Below, piece by piece: positions 9,428 to 19,948 of a DNA stretch of 64,000 nucleotides. The notes below the pieces were generated by a model. That model searched no databases. It was not told the origin of the DNA and saw nothing but the letters and a program-made list of their open reading frames with translations. Both the position numbers and the translations under genes were made by a program. Positions within the stretch are counted from its first letter, which is position 1; each line of letters begins with the position of its first letter. Source of the stretch: Nitriliruptor sp. (lineage in GTDB: Bacteria > Actinomycetota > Nitriliruptoria > Nitriliruptorales > Nitriliruptoraceae); contig NZ_JBBEBZ010000171.1 in the NCBI RefSeq assembly GCF_040882075.1, positions 6,540 through 70,539 of the forward strand, written 5' to 3'.

Positions 9428-10405
9428 TCAGGGGGCCCGGTAACGCGCCCCGTCGCCGGTCCCCGTGCGCATCACCGCGCCAGCCTCGAAGAGGGCGTCG
9501 AGCTCACGTCGGACCTCGTCCTCGTCACGGCCGAGCGCCCTCGCCAGGGAGCCGACCGCCCCCACGCGCTGGGCCCGCAGCTCGGCGAGCAGCAGCTCCT
9601 GGTCCGCAGCCTCGGCACCGTCACCTGCCGCCAGCCGCCACGCCGTCGCCGCCGCCTGCTCGATGAGCCGGACGAGCGGCCGCGGGTCATCGACCCCGGG
9701 AGGATCACCCAACTGACGCAGCAACGCCGCTGGATCCTGGACGGGGTGGGGGGCGAGCACCACCGCGTCGATGTCCCCGCGTGAGGCGTAGAGGCCGGCG
9801 GTGAGATCGAGGTCCGCCCCCGGATCCGGAGCGGCATCACCACGCACGGCGCGGAGCGCTCCGAGCAGCCGGTCCCGCGTGCGACCCCGCAGCAGGAGCA
9901 GCAGGAAGGGATCGCGCGCGAAGGCCGACCCCGCCGCGGCGTGCACCGCGGCGACGTGACGACACCAGCTGGTGCGCTCGGTGCAGGTGCACGACCGGCC
10001 AAGGTCGGCGGCGGTCGGGACCAGCGGGACACCGACGTCCGCCAGGACGTCGGCGGCTTCCTCGGGGAGCTGGCCGTCGAGCAGCGCCGCCGTGGATCGG
10101 ACCTCCGACGCGAGCGCCGAGACCGCGGCGGCCCAGGCGTCGTCGTCGGGGACCGGCCAGGTCAGCTCGACGCGGTACGGGCTGACACGATCCTCGCGGA
10201 CGCGGCCGGTGATCGTGCCGGGCCGGATCTCGAGGTCGTGGACGCCTCCCCGACGGGCCGTGGCCTGCCCGCGCTGGACCCGCCGGGCGTTCCCGGCGCC
10301 GACGCTGGCGAGGAGGTCGAGCCAGCGGTCGGCGGCCCAGGTCGTCGACCGGGGAGGCGCGGCGACGGGCGGCTCCGGTGCGGGTGGTCGCGTCGGATCG
10401 GTCAC
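9428..10405 (-). CDS. SWIM zinc-finger protein
   Basis: CTC..WCRH SWIM motif, DPFLLLLLRGR; coupled to the SNF2 gene. Confidence 0.9.
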   Translation of the reverse strand: MTDPTRPPAPEPPVAAPPRSTTWAADRWLDLLASVGAGNARRVQRGQATARRGGVHDLEIRPGTITGRVREDRVSPYRVELTWPVPDDDAWAAAVSALASEVRSTAALLDGQLPEEAADVLADVGVPLVPTAADLGRSCTCTERTSWCRHVAAVHAAAGSAFARDPFLLLLLRGRTRDRLLGALRAVRGDAAPDPGADLDLTAGLYASRGDIDAVVLAPHPVQDPAALLRQLGDPPGVDDPRPLVRLIEQAAATAWRLAAGDGAEAADQELLLAELRAQRVGAVGSLARALGRDEDEVRRELDALFEAGAVMRTGTGDGARYRAP

Positions 10406-13400
10406 GCTCGACCGCCCGGGATCGCGGTCAGCGTGGGCCGTCCGAGGGGTGGCATCGGCGTGGGCTCATCCTCGTCGTCGTCGTCAGCGAGGTCGGTGGA
10501 GGACAGCTCGACCAGCTCGCGCAGTTGGGTGTCGTCGAGCTCGGTGAGCCAGGTCTCGCCAGCCTCGACGACGGCGTCCGCGAGCGCACGCTTGCGGTCG
10601 AGCAGGTCGGCGATCCGGTCCTCGATGGTCCCCCCCGTGACGAGGGTGTGCACGGTCACGGTGCGGGTCTGACCGATCCGGTGCGCCCGGTCGGTCGCCT
10701 GGTCCTCGACGGCCGGGTTCCACCAGCGGTCGAAGTGCACGACGTGGCTGGCGCGGGTCAGGTTCAGGCCGGTCCCACCGGCACGGAGGGACACCAGCAG
10801 GATCGGCGGCGCGTCCTCGTCCTCCTGGAACCGAGCCACCATCGTGTCACGGGCGGCGAGCGGCACGCCGCCGTGGAGGAACGGCACCTCGGGCAGGCCG
10901 AGCGTCGTCGCCAGGTGCCGGGCCAGCAGGAGCCCCATCTCGCGGAACTGCGTGAACACCAGCGCCCGCTCGCCACCGTCGACGACCTCGCCGAGCACCT
11001 CGGTGACGCGCGCGAGCTTGCCGGAGCGTCCCTCGAGCCGGTCGGCACCGGTGCGCGGGTCGGTGCCGTCCCGCAGGTACTGGGCCGGGTGGTTGCAGAT
11101 CTGTTTCAGGGCGGTCAGGAGGGCGAGGATGCGGCCACGGCGCTCGAACGCGGTGGCGCCGAGCCCGGCACCCCCGAAGGCGTTGTCGATCGCCGCCTGG
11201 TAGAGCGCAGCCTGCTCGCGGGTGAGCGAGCACGCCACGGTCAGCTCCTGCTTCGGCGGGAGGTCGACCGCGACCTCCGGGTCGGACTTGAGCCGCCGGA
11301 GCACGAACGGCGCCACGAGCTGGCGCAGCCGGGAGGCCGCGTGCTCGTCGTGCCAGCGCTCGACCGGCACGGCGAACCGTTCGTTGAAGGCCCGCTGCGA
11401 ACCGAGCAGCCCCGGGTTGGTGACGTCGACGATCGCCCACAGCTCGGACAACCGGTTCTCGATGGGTGTCCCCGTCATCGCGATCCGGGTCCGGGCCTCG
11501 AGGGACCGGGCCGCCCTGGCGCCCTTCGACGACGGGTTCTTGATCTGCTGTGCCTCGTCGAGGACGACGACGTCCCAGTCGACGCTCTCGAGCAGGCCGA
11601 TGTCCCGGCGCAGCAGCGCGTACGAGGTCACCACGACGGTGCCGGGTCGGAACGAGCGCCGGGTGACGGCACGTTCGGGGCCGTGGTGACGCACGACGTC
11701 GACGTCCGGCGCGAACCGGGCGAACTCGCGCTCCCAGTTGCCGACCACCGACGTCGGGCAGACCACCAGGTGGGGGCGATCCTGCGTGCGCGCCGCCAGC
11801 AGCGCGATCGCCATGATGGTCTTGCCGAGGCCCATCTGGTCGGCGAGCACCCCACCGAGCCCGAGCTCGGACAACCGCTGCATCCAGGCGATCCCGCGCT
11901 CCTGGTAGGGCCGCAGTTCACCCTGGAAGTCGACGATGTGCGCGTCACCGGGAGCGTCCGCGGTCCGGAGCTGTTCGAGCAACCGGCCGAGGTCGCCGTC
12001 CGCCACGGTCTCGACCCAACCGAGATCGTCGACGTAGGTCTGGCCGGACAGCGCTGCCGCGAGCGCTTCGGTGAGCTCGAGGGAAGCCGACGAACCCGCG
12101 AGCTCGGCCAGCCGATCGGTCTCGTCGTGGTCGACGCGGACCCAGGTCCCCCGCCACCGGACCAACGGCTGTTTGAGCGCCACGATGTCCGCGAACTCCT
12201 CGGCGGACAGGGTGTCGTCGCCGAGCGCCACCTCGTAGGCCAGGTCGGTCAGCGACGTGAGCCCGAGCGGCGCGGCCCCCTCGACCCGCGGGGCGGTCGG
12301 TGTCGCCCGACCGATCCGCACCCGCAGACGCAGCCGCTGCTCCCCGGCCTGACGGAGCTCGGCGGGGACCTGGACGCCGATGCCACCGGCCGCCAGGGCG
12401 TCGGTCCCGCCGGCGAGCAGATCCGCGACCTCCCCGCCGGCGAGGTCGAGACCGACGGGTCGGACCTCGGACAGGCTGCGATCGATCGGGGCGAACAGGC
12501 GAGCGGCGACCGCAAGCCCTCGGACGAGCACCGCCTCGGCATCGTCCACGCGACGTCCTGCGAGGTCGAGCCCGCGGCCCGCGCCGTCCCAGACCTCCTC
12601 CGCCGCGGCGGTGACGTCGGGGTCGTCGGTCGACTGCAGCAGGTAGCTGAGGCGCCACGGCTCGTCGGTCGCGCCGAGCCGGTCCGCGCTCCCGTCGGAG
12701 GTGTCCGCGATCGGCGGTGGCCGCAGCCGCACCGCCAACCGTGCCGGAGCCCCGTGGTCCCGGCCGAGCAAGGGCGCCGACCAGTCCTCGACCTCCTCGG
12801 CGAGGTCGTCGACACCGATGCGGAGGTGGGCGACGGTCGGATCGGCGGCGGTCAGGGCGTCGGCCCACATCTCGGGCCACGGCCGCCGCGGGCCGCGGCG
12901 ACGGGGATCGAGCAACGGGCGTCGTCCCTCGCGGGCGCACGCGTCGGCGACCGCGTCGACGAAGGCGAGCAGCAGCTCCTCGGCGCCCCAGAGCCGTCCG
13001 TCGGGACGCCGCAGGGCGTGGGCGGCGACCGGGAGGGCCGCCGCGAGCTGGGCGAGCCTGGCATCGCCGTCCGCAGCGACCCGCCAGTACCCACGACCCG
13101 TCCCGGGCGCCGTCGCGGACCGGAACGTCGGCAGGATGCGGCCCGCTGCGACGAGCTCGAGCGCCAGCTTCGCCGCCGCCGACCACCCGAGCACCGCGGC
13201 TGAGGGCCGCCGCCACGCCGGCCAGTCCGCTCCGGGCGGCAACGTCGCGAGCCGCCGTACGGCGGGCAGGACGGGGATCAGCTGCGCCGGCTGGTCCACG
13301 GGCCCGAGGCCGCCGTCGACCGGCTGCACGGTGGCGAGCGACCCGGACTCACCCGCAGGCAGGCCGAGGTCGTGCACAGCGGTGGCCAGGTCGTCCCCAT

Positions 13401-13476
13401 CCGGGCACCACACGGCGAAGCTGCCACCGGCCGGGACGAGGTCGGAGGGGACGAAGGTGAGCTGCGGACGGGTCAC
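10402..13476 (-). CDS. SNF2-family helicase/ATPase (actinobacterial HelZ/DUF3670 type)
   Basis: LRPYQ, LADQMGLGKT, DEAQ, TGTPIEN, GGTGLNL, WWNPAVEDQATDRAHRIGQ; AGGAGA RBS before GTG 13476. Confidence 0.95.
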   Translation of the reverse strand: MTRPQLTFVPSDLVPAGGSFAVWCPDGDDLATAVHDLGLPAGESGSLATVQPVDGGLGPVDQPAQLIPVLPAVRRLATLPPGADWPAWRRPSAAVLGWSAAAKLALELVAAGRILPTFRSATAPGTGRGYWRVAADGDARLAQLAAALPVAAHALRRPDGRLWGAEELLLAFVDAVADACAREGRRPLLDPRRRGPRRPWPEMWADALTAADPTVAHLRIGVDDLAEEVEDWSAPLLGRDHGAPARLAVRLRPPPIADTSDGSADRLGATDEPWRLSYLLQSTDDPDVTAAAEEVWDGAGRGLDLAGRRVDDAEAVLVRGLAVAARLFAPIDRSLSEVRPVGLDLAGGEVADLLAGGTDALAAGGIGVQVPAELRQAGEQRLRLRVRIGRATPTAPRVEGAAPLGLTSLTDLAYEVALGDDTLSAEEFADIVALKQPLVRWRGTWVRVDHDETDRLAELAGSSASLELTEALAAALSGQTYVDDLGWVETVADGDLGRLLEQLRTADAPGDAHIVDFQGELRPYQERGIAWMQRLSELGLGGVLADQMGLGKTIMAIALLAARTQDRPHLVVCPTSVVGNWEREFARFAPDVDVVRHHGPERAVTRRSFRPGTVVVTSYALLRRDIGLLESVDWDVVVLDEAQQIKNPSSKGARAARSLEARTRIAMTGTPIENRLSELWAIVDVTNPGLLGSQRAFNERFAVPVERWHDEHAASRLRQLVAPFVLRRLKSDPEVAVDLPPKQELTVACSLTREQAALYQAAIDNAFGGAGLGATAFERRGRILALLTALKQICNHPAQYLRDGTDPRTGADRLEGRSGKLARVTEVLGEVVDGGERALVFTQFREMGLLLARHLATTLGLPEVPFLHGGVPLAARDTMVARFQEDEDAPPILLVSLRAGGTGLNLTRASHVVHFDRWWNPAVEDQATDRAHRIGQTRTVTVHTLVTGGTIEDRIADLLDRKRALADAVVEAGETWLTELDDTQLRELVELSSTDLADDDDEDEPTPMPPLGRPTLTAIPGGRA

Positions 13477-13701
13477 CCGGTCTCCTCGGTCGGCCGTGCA
13501 CGGTGCCGGGAGGCGTCCCGGCGCTCCCGTCACCGCACGGGAGCCGTCCATCGTACGTGTTCGGCGCTCGGCCCCCGACGGCCGGGGCCGGTCCACTCGG
13601 CCGTGCCCCGAACCCCGTACGTTCGTTGCTCCGAACGACGGGTGGACACCGACGACGGCGTCCGGATCACCACCGTCGACCACCGAGCGCAGGAGGGCAC
13701 C

Positions 13702-13962
13702 GTGAACGACACCGACACCACCGTCCTGACGCGCCGCCCCGAGACCGATCACCCCAGCATCACCTGGCTCGAGGACGAGTTCCCGGGGTGGGAGGTCAGC
13801 ATCGGTGCCACCTCCGGGTGGGGCCGCGAGGAGCTGCGGACGCTGTGGGTCGCTCGCCAGCCGGGCCACCACCCGCAGGCCGAGCTGTCCGCCGCGAAGC
13901 TGCACACCCGGCTGACCGACTACCTCGCCCGTGAAGCGCGCCGCAGGGGGCTGGCGTCCTGA
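13702..13962 (+). CDS. Small hypothetical protein
   Basis: Strong AGGAGG RBS, GC3-biased codons, 86 aa. Confidence 0.7.
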   Translation: MNDTDTTVLTRRPETDHPSITWLEDEFPGWEVSIGATSGWGREELRTLWVARQPGHHPQAELSAAKLHTRLTDYLAREARRRGLAS

Positions 13963-14014
13963 GCGGCTGCTGCGCGGCACCGGGTCCCGCGCTCCGTCGC
14001 CTACCGTTCCGCGG

Positions 14015-15175
14015 GTGAACCTCCTCGACGCGCTCCTCCTGGTCGCCATCACGATCGCGGTGGCGACCGGTCTACGCCTCGGTTTCGTGGCGCGCGCCGC
14101 CTCGTTCCTCGGCCTCGCGGCCGGGTTGGGGCTGGCGACCCTGACCGTTCCGTACGCGATGTCGATCACCGGCGACCGCCAGGCCCCGGTGCGGTTGTTC
14201 GTCGGCTTGCTCGTGCTCGCGGTCACCGTCACCGTGGTCGCGACCCTCTTCCAGGCCGTGGGCATCCGCGTGCGGCGCACCGTGGCCGCTTCGCAGCTGT
14301 CGTCGCTGGACCGCGGCGCCGGGGCCCTGGCCGGCGTCGCGATCGTCCTCCTCTTCGTCTGGCTGGCGATCCCCGCTGCATCGGTCGTGCCCGGCTCGAT
14401 CGCGACGCAGGTGCGCAGCAGCGCCGTCGTCGAGGCGGTGACCAACCTCACGCCCCCGCCACCGGACACCGTCCAGGCGCTGCGCAACATCGTGACGACC
14501 AGCCGGTTCCCCGAGGTCTTCGCCGACCTGCAACCGGCCCCGATCACCGGGCCTCCCCCGTCGGAGGTCCCGATCGATGCGGCGGTCGTCGAACGGGCCA
14601 CGGCGTCCACCGTCAACGTCGAAGCCGACGGGTGCGGCCGTCGGTTCGAGGGCAGCGGGTTCACGGTGGCACCCGGCGTCGTGGTCACCAACGCCCACGT
14701 CGTGGCCGGGGCGGACGTCGTCGAGGTCCGGACACCGGACGGTCCGCTCCTGGCGGCACGGGTCGTGGTCTTCGACCCCGACCGCGACCTCGCGGTCCTC
14801 ACCGTGGGTGAGCTCGGCCAGGAACCGCTCGAGCTCGGGACGATCGAGGTCGGCTCGGCCGGGGTCGTGATCGGCTACCCCGGCGGGCAGGACACCCCAC
14901 GCGTCGCACCGGTCGAGATCCGCGACCGGCGCACCGCCATCGGTCGTGACATCTACGGCCGCGAGCGCACCGAGCGTGAGGTCCTCTTCCTCGCGGCCGA
15001 ACTGCAGCAGGGCGACTCGGGGTCGCCGGTGATCGACGCCTCGGGACAGGTCGTCGGGGTGACCTTCGCGATCAGCCCGGACCGCTCCACCGCGGCCTTC
15101 GCCCTCGACCGTCCCGAGCTCGACGCGGTGCTCGCCGCCGAGCAGCGGCCCGGGTTCACCGGACCCTGCATCTGA
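14015..15175 (+). CDS. MarP-family serine protease (CvpA-like TM domain plus trypsin-like domain)
   Basis: Four N-terminal TMs, TNAHVV, DLAVL, GDSGSP catalytic triad motifs. Confidence 0.92.
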   Translation: MNLLDALLLVAITIAVATGLRLGFVARAASFLGLAAGLGLATLTVPYAMSITGDRQAPVRLFVGLLVLAVTVTVVATLFQAVGIRVRRTVAASQLSSLDRGAGALAGVAIVLLFVWLAIPAASVVPGSIATQVRSSAVVEAVTNLTPPPPDTVQALRNIVTTSRFPEVFADLQPAPITGPPPSEVPIDAAVVERATASTVNVEADGCGRRFEGSGFTVAPGVVVTNAHVVAGADVVEVRTPDGPLLAARVVVFDPDRDLAVLTVGELGQEPLELGTIEVGSAGVVIGYPGGQDTPRVAPVEIRDRRTAIGRDIYGRERTEREVLFLAAELQQGDSGSPVIDASGQVVGVTFAISPDRSTAAFALDRPELDAVLAAEQRPGFTGPCI

Positions 15176-15177
15176 AC

Positions 15178-15354
15178 GGCGACGGCATCATCAAGGTGGC
15201 GCTCGTGGTGGTCTCGTTCCGGCAGCGCGTGACCCCCGACCGGCTCCTCGGGCGGGTCGACGCCGGGTTCCGTCTGCTCGCGTGGGGGACGATGCCGCTC
15301 GGGGCCGACCTCGACGCGGCCGACGTCGTGGAAGCGCCGAATCCCCTCAGCTGA
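15178..15354 (+). pseudogene. MFS transporter fragment
   Basis: Reads VSFRQRVTPDRLLGRVDAGFRLLAWGTMPLGA, typical of actinobacterial MFS C-terminal halves; no start and no rest of gene. Confidence 0.6.
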
Positions 15355-16069
15355 CCCGCCGCGCGAGGTCGGCGATCATCACCGCGTGGGTCGCGACGGC
15401 GAGGATCACGAGCAGGTGGAACAGCTCGTGGTACCCGAAGTGGCCGGGGACCGGGTCGGGGCGTCGCAGCCCCACGATGATCGCGCCGGCCGTGTAGAGG
15501 GCGCCACCGAGCAGGAGGAGGGCCACGCTGGCCCACCCCGCGCTGCCGACCAGCCACGGCAGGACCGCCACGGGTGTCCACCCGAGGGTGAGGTAGATGG
15601 CGTTGCTGAACCCGCGCGGTGGCGCGAACGGCAACCACTCGAGGACGATGCCGAGACCGGCACCGACGACCGCGATGGTGACGAGCGCGACCCGCGGGTG
15701 CCCCTCGAGACCGAGGAGGCCGAGGGCGACGCCGGTGCCGCCGATCGCCAGGAAGATCCCGGTGTGATCGAGGCGGACGAGCCGTTCGGTCGCCTGGTGC
15801 GACCACCGCCGGAGGTGCAGCACCCCGCTGGCCGTGAACATGAGGGCGACGCCCCAGGCGAAGGCCGCGACCGCGATCCGTTCGCGGCCGGCGGGCGTGA
15901 TGGCCGTCCAGATCGCGGCAGTCGGCAACGTGGCCAGCGCGGCGGCCAGGTGCGACCGCCCCCGGGCGGTGGGGCGAGGCGCGTCGACGAAGCGCGCCGT
16001 CGAGGCGGAGCGCGCCAGGACCGCGCGCCGTGCGGCGTCGGGCGGATCGGTAGCGCGTCGGGCGTCCAC
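15347..16069 (-). CDS. Hemolysin III / PAQR-family membrane protein
   Basis: RGRSH, RLDHTGIFLAIGGT, GGALYTAGA, FGYHELFH. Confidence 0.9.
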   Translation of the reverse strand: MDARRATDPPDAARRAVLARSASTARFVDAPRPTARGRSHLAAALATLPTAAIWTAITPAGRERIAVAAFAWGVALMFTASGVLHLRRWSHQATERLVRLDHTGIFLAIGGTGVALGLLGLEGHPRVALVTIAVVGAGLGIVLEWLPFAPPRGFSNAIYLTLGWTPVAVLPWLVGSAGWASVALLLLGGALYTAGAIIVGLRRPDPVPGHFGYHELFHLLVILAVATHAVMIADLARRVS

Positions 16070-16093
16070 GCGCCGGACGCTACCCCGTCCCGC

Positions 16094-17629
16094 TCACCCC
16101 TTGATCTGGCTGTCCTCGCCCTCCCAGAACGGGGCTCGGAGCTTGAACTTCTGGAGCTTGCCGGTCGCGGTCCGGTCGAGTGCGTCGCGGAACTCGATCG
16201 CGGTCGGGCACTTGTAGTGGGCCAGCCGCTCCCGGCAGTGGTCGATCAGCTCCCGCTCGCTGACCTCCTGCCCCTCCGCACGTACGACCAGCGCGACCAC
16301 GGTCTCGCCCCACCGTTCGTGCGGGACACCGATCACGGCCACCTCGGCGACGCCCGGGTGGGCGTGCAGGGTGTCCTCCACCTCGATCGAGGACACGTTC
16401 TCCCCACCGGAGATGATCACGTCCTTCTTGCGGTCGACGATCGACAGGTACCCCTCGTCATCGATGGCACCGCCGTCGCCGGTGTGGAACCAACCGTCGC
16501 GCAGGGCTTCGACGGACGCGTCGGGCTGCTCCCAGTACCCGGCGAGGATGTGGTTGCCGCGGGCGAGGATCTCCCCCTCGTCATCCACGGCGATGTCGAT
16601 CCCCACGGCGGGGACCCCGGCTCGGACCAGCTTGGCCGCACGGTCCGCGGGCGACAGCTCGTCCCACTCCACCCGGGTGCGGTTGATGGTCAGCAGCGGT
16701 GCGGTCTCGGTGAGGCCGTAGAGCTGGACGAACTCCCAGCCGAGCTCGGTCTCGACCCGTTCGATGGTGCGCGTCGGTGGTGGCGCACCTGCCACCACGA
16801 TCCGGACGCGGCCGCGCCCCGGCACCTCGTCGAGGTCCGCGGCGGCGTCGAGCACCATGGCCACCACGGCCGGGGCACCGCACAGCAGGGTCACGCCGTG
16901 CTCGGCGACGCGGCGCAGGATCTCGTACCCATCGACCTCGCGGAGCACGATCTGCGGGACCCCCATCGCCGTGACCGCGAACGGCATCCCCCAGCCGTTG
17001 GCGTGGAACATCGGCAGCGTGTGCAGGTAGACGTCGCGGTCGCTGACCCCCACGTGCCAGCCGAAGGTGGCCGCGTTGAGCCAGAGGTTGCGGTGCGTCA
17101 TCTGCACGCCCTTCGGGCGCGCCGTGGTCCCCGAGGTGTAGTTGATCGTCGCCGTCGCGTCCTCGTCGGGTTCCGCCCACGGCCGCGGTTCGACACCTCG
17201 CCGGAAGATGCGGTCGTCGTCACGCCCGAGCACGAAGCGGTGCTCGACATCGAGATCGGCGCAGACGTCCTCGAGATCGGGGTCGACGAGCAGGACGCGG
17301 GCCCCGCTGTGCTCGAGGATGTAACCGACCTCCTCGGGGTTCAGCCGGAAGTTCACCGGCACGAGCACGCGACCGGACGCGCAGACGCCGAAGAAGCTGG
17401 TCAGCAACCGCCCCGCGTTGTGGCTGACCACCGCGACCCGATCACCGACCTCGATGCCGAGCGCGTCGAGCCCCGCAGCTTGCGCACGCGCCAGCTCACC
17501 GAGCTCGCGGTAGCTCAGGCTGCCGAGGGAGGGCGCCGGTTGCTCCGGTTCGTCCACGACGCCGATCCGGTCGGGGTAGACCCGCTCGGCGCGAGCGAGG
17601 TGGTCGGCGACGGTCAACGGTGTGCGCAC
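16094..17629 (-). CDS. AMP-binding acyl-CoA synthetase
   Basis: YTSGTTARPKG, YGLTE, GWFHTGD, DRKKDVIISGGEN, TATGKLQK. Confidence 0.95.
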   Translation of the reverse strand: MRTPLTVADHLARAERVYPDRIGVVDEPEQPAPSLGSLSYRELGELARAQAAGLDALGIEVGDRVAVVSHNAGRLLTSFFGVCASGRVLVPVNFRLNPEEVGYILEHSGARVLLVDPDLEDVCADLDVEHRFVLGRDDDRIFRRGVEPRPWAEPDEDATATINYTSGTTARPKGVQMTHRNLWLNAATFGWHVGVSDRDVYLHTLPMFHANGWGMPFAVTAMGVPQIVLREVDGYEILRRVAEHGVTLLCGAPAVVAMVLDAAADLDEVPGRGRVRIVVAGAPPPTRTIERVETELGWEFVQLYGLTETAPLLTINRTRVEWDELSPADRAAKLVRAGVPAVGIDIAVDDEGEILARGNHILAGYWEQPDASVEALRDGWFHTGDGGAIDDEGYLSIVDRKKDVIISGGENVSSIEVEDTLHAHPGVAEVAVIGVPHERWGETVVALVVRAEGQEVSERELIDHCRERLAHYKCPTAIEFRDALDRTATGKLQKFKLRAPFWEGEDSQIKG

Positions 17630-17731
17630 GGTGGGCTCCCAGCGCCGGGGGGGGGCCGGTCGCCACGGGCACGGGGCGCGCGGCGACCGGACGGAGGCCA
17701 GAACCTACGACCGGTTCGCGGCTCGTGTCGG

Positions 17732-19390
17732 TCAGATCTGCTCGTCCTCGCGGACGGGCATGTCGCCCGGGTAGCGGATGGCCTCGATCAGCTCCTGCAT
17801 CCGCGCGCTCGGCGGCGGAGCGCTCAGGGCGACCGGGATGGCCACCGCGAGGTTGAGCAGGGCACCGATGAAGCCGATGCCTTCGGCGCTGATGCCGAAC
17901 CAGGTCTCCATCCCCGCGTACTGGGTCGCGATGATGTAGAAGGCGGTGAAGCTGATCCCGACCGTCAGCCCGGCCACGGCACCTCGGGCGTTGAACCGTT
18001 TCCAGAAGATCCCGAGGACGATCGCCGGGAAGAAGCTGGACGCAGCAAGACCGAACGCCCAGGCCACGACCTGCGCCACGAAACCCGGTGGCGAGATACC
18101 GAAGTACCCGGCGATCAGGATGCCGCCGGCCATCGCCCAGCGACCGACCTTGAGCTGCTGCTTCTCGGTCGCGTGCGGGCGGAAGCGCTTGTAGTAGACG
18201 TCGTGCGCGACCGACGACGATATGACGATGAGCAGTCCCGCCGCGGTGGACAGCGCGGCGGCCAGACCACCGGCGGCGACGAGTCCGACCACCCACGCCG
18301 GCAGGCCAGCGATCTCGGGGTTGGCCAGGACGATGATGTCGTTGCTGACCGTGAGCTCGTTGGTCGCCTCGTCCGGTGTGTAGTCGACGATGCCGTCGCC
18401 ATCGAGGTCGTCGATGGTGATCAGCCCGATCTCCTGCCAGTTCTGGACCCACTGCTCCTGTTGATCGACCGGGGTCTGCGACACGTCGTTGATGAGGTTG
18501 GTCTTGGCGAACACGCCGATGGCCGGCGCGGTCGTGTAGAGCAGCGCGATGAAGAGCAGCGCCCAGAACGCCGAGAACCGGGCTGCCCGCACGCTCTTGG
18601 CGGTGTAGAAGCGGACGATCACGTGGGGCAGACCGGCGGTCCCGATCATCAGCGAGGCGGTCGCGAGCATGATGTCGAGCTGGCTGCGTTCAACGAACGG
18701 GGCCGAGTACGCCGCGAACCCGAGCTCCTCCTGCAGCACATCGAGCTCCGCCAGGACCGCACCGAACGACAGGTGCGGGACGGGGTTGCCGCCGAGCTGC
18801 TGGGCGATGGCGAACGCCGGGATGAGGTAGGCGACGATCAGGACGGTGTACTGCGCGACCTGCACCCAGGTGATCCCTTTCATGCCGCCGAGCACGGCGT
18901 AGAAGAGCACCACGGCCATGCCGATGACGACGCCGACGCCGACGTTCACCTGGAGGAAGCGTCCGAAGACGATCCCGACGCCCTGCATCTGACCGACCAC
19001 GTAGGTGAACGACACGAAGATGGCCGCGAGCGCCGCGACCAGGCGCGCGGTGGCCGAGTAGCGATCACCGAAGAAGTCCGGGACCGTGAACTTGCCGAAC
19101 TTGCGCAGGTAGGGCGCGAGCAGCACCGCGAGGAGCACGTACCCGCCCGTCCAACCCATCAGGTAGAAGGACGCGTCGTAGCCGCCGAAGGCGACGATGC
19201 CGGCCATCGAGATGAAGGATGCGGCCGACATCCAGTCCGCCGCGATCGCGGCGCCGTTCGCCGGCGCGGGGATGCCCTTGCCGGCGACGTAGAAGCCCTC
19301 CGTGGTGTTGACCCGGCTCCGCCACGCGATGAAGAAGTAGAGGCCGAAGGTGAGGACGACGAAGAAGATGGTCCAACCGAGGATGCCCAC
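17732..19390 (-). CDS. Sodium:solute symporter (ActP-like cation/acetate symporter)
   Basis: NGAAIAADWMSAASF, GGMKGITWVQVAQY, GTAGLPHVIVRFYT. Confidence 0.93.
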   Translation of the reverse strand: MGILGWTIFFVVLTFGLYFFIAWRSRVNTTEGFYVAGKGIPAPANGAAIAADWMSAASFISMAGIVAFGGYDASFYLMGWTGGYVLLAVLLAPYLRKFGKFTVPDFFGDRYSATARLVAALAAIFVSFTYVVGQMQGVGIVFGRFLQVNVGVGVVIGMAVVLFYAVLGGMKGITWVQVAQYTVLIVAYLIPAFAIAQQLGGNPVPHLSFGAVLAELDVLQEELGFAAYSAPFVERSQLDIMLATASLMIGTAGLPHVIVRFYTAKSVRAARFSAFWALLFIALLYTTAPAIGVFAKTNLINDVSQTPVDQQEQWVQNWQEIGLITIDDLDGDGIVDYTPDEATNELTVSNDIIVLANPEIAGLPAWVVGLVAAGGLAAALSTAAGLLIVISSSVAHDVYYKRFRPHATEKQQLKVGRWAMAGGILIAGYFGISPPGFVAQVVAWAFGLAASSFFPAIVLGIFWKRFNARGAVAGLTVGISFTAFYIIATQYAGMETWFGISAEGIGFIGALLNLAVAIPVALSAPPPSARMQELIEAIRYPGDMPVREDEQI

Positions 19391-19391
19391 G

Positions 19392-19673
19392 TCAGTGCCT
19401 CCGCCCGTGCTCGTCGCGTTCGGACACGCCGAACTCGTCGTCGAGGCGGTCCATCCGCAGCACGTAGATGCCGATCAGCACCACGAAGGTGATGATCGAC
19501 CCCTGCTGGGCGAACCAGAACCCGAGCGGCACGTCGAAGAGGGTGCCGAGCTCGTTCATCGGCTCCACGAACAGGATGCCGGCGCCGAACGAGACGGCGA
19601 ACCACACCGCGAGCAGGCCCGCGATCAACCGCACGTTCTTGCGCCAGTACGTCTTGCGTTGCCCGTCGTCCAC
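19392..19673 (-). CDS. DUF4212 small symporter-associated membrane protein
   Basis: YWRKNVRLI, PLGFWFAQQGSI, MDRLD; directly upstream of the symporter gene. Confidence 0.9.
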   Translation of the reverse strand: MDDGQRKTYWRKNVRLIAGLLAVWFAVSFGAGILFVEPMNELGTLFDVPLGFWFAQQGSIITFVVLIGIYVLRMDRLDDEFGVSERDEHGRRH

Positions 19674-19785
19674 GGTGCTCCCTCTCCCAAGGTGTCGTGC
19701 GGGACACGCCACCGCGGGCTCACGCACGGGGTGGCGCCGGGATCCACGCTGTCGCCCTCGACGCCTCCGAGCAACGGCCACCTCC

Positions 19786-19904
19786 CGAACGGTCGCCGCG
19801 CCACCCCGGGCGGCGCGAGCGGGACGGAGGTGACGTCCGGCGGCGGTGGCCGACCGTTCGTCCCGGCTGCCGGTCCGGTGGCAGGGTGCTGGCGACCGCT
19901 GGTC
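19786..19904. promoter_or_regulatory. Repeated CGACCGTTCG-like motif in a divergent intergenic region (candidate LytTR operator)
   Basis: CGAACGGTCG (19786-19795) is the exact reverse complement of CGACCGTTCG (19851-19860); CGACCGCTGGTC (19893-19904) is a 10/12 direct repeat 42 bp later. Confidence 0.4.
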
Positions 19905-19948
19905 ACCCCGCCCACGGCCCGGCGCTCAGCGGTCCGTAGGGTCGGGCT

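Noticed and set aside
13550-13640. Possible LexA/SOS boxes upstream of the SNF2 helicase
   Set aside because: GAAC and GTTC half-sites are present, but the spacing (2 or 7 nt) does not fit the Gram-positive GAAC-N4-GTTC box.
15386-19492. 1368-aa plus-strand ORF (also 10378-13203, 58027-61170, 46132-48732 and similar long ORFs)
   Set aside because: Antisense shadows of well-supported genes, typical of very high-GC DNA; no recognisable motifs.
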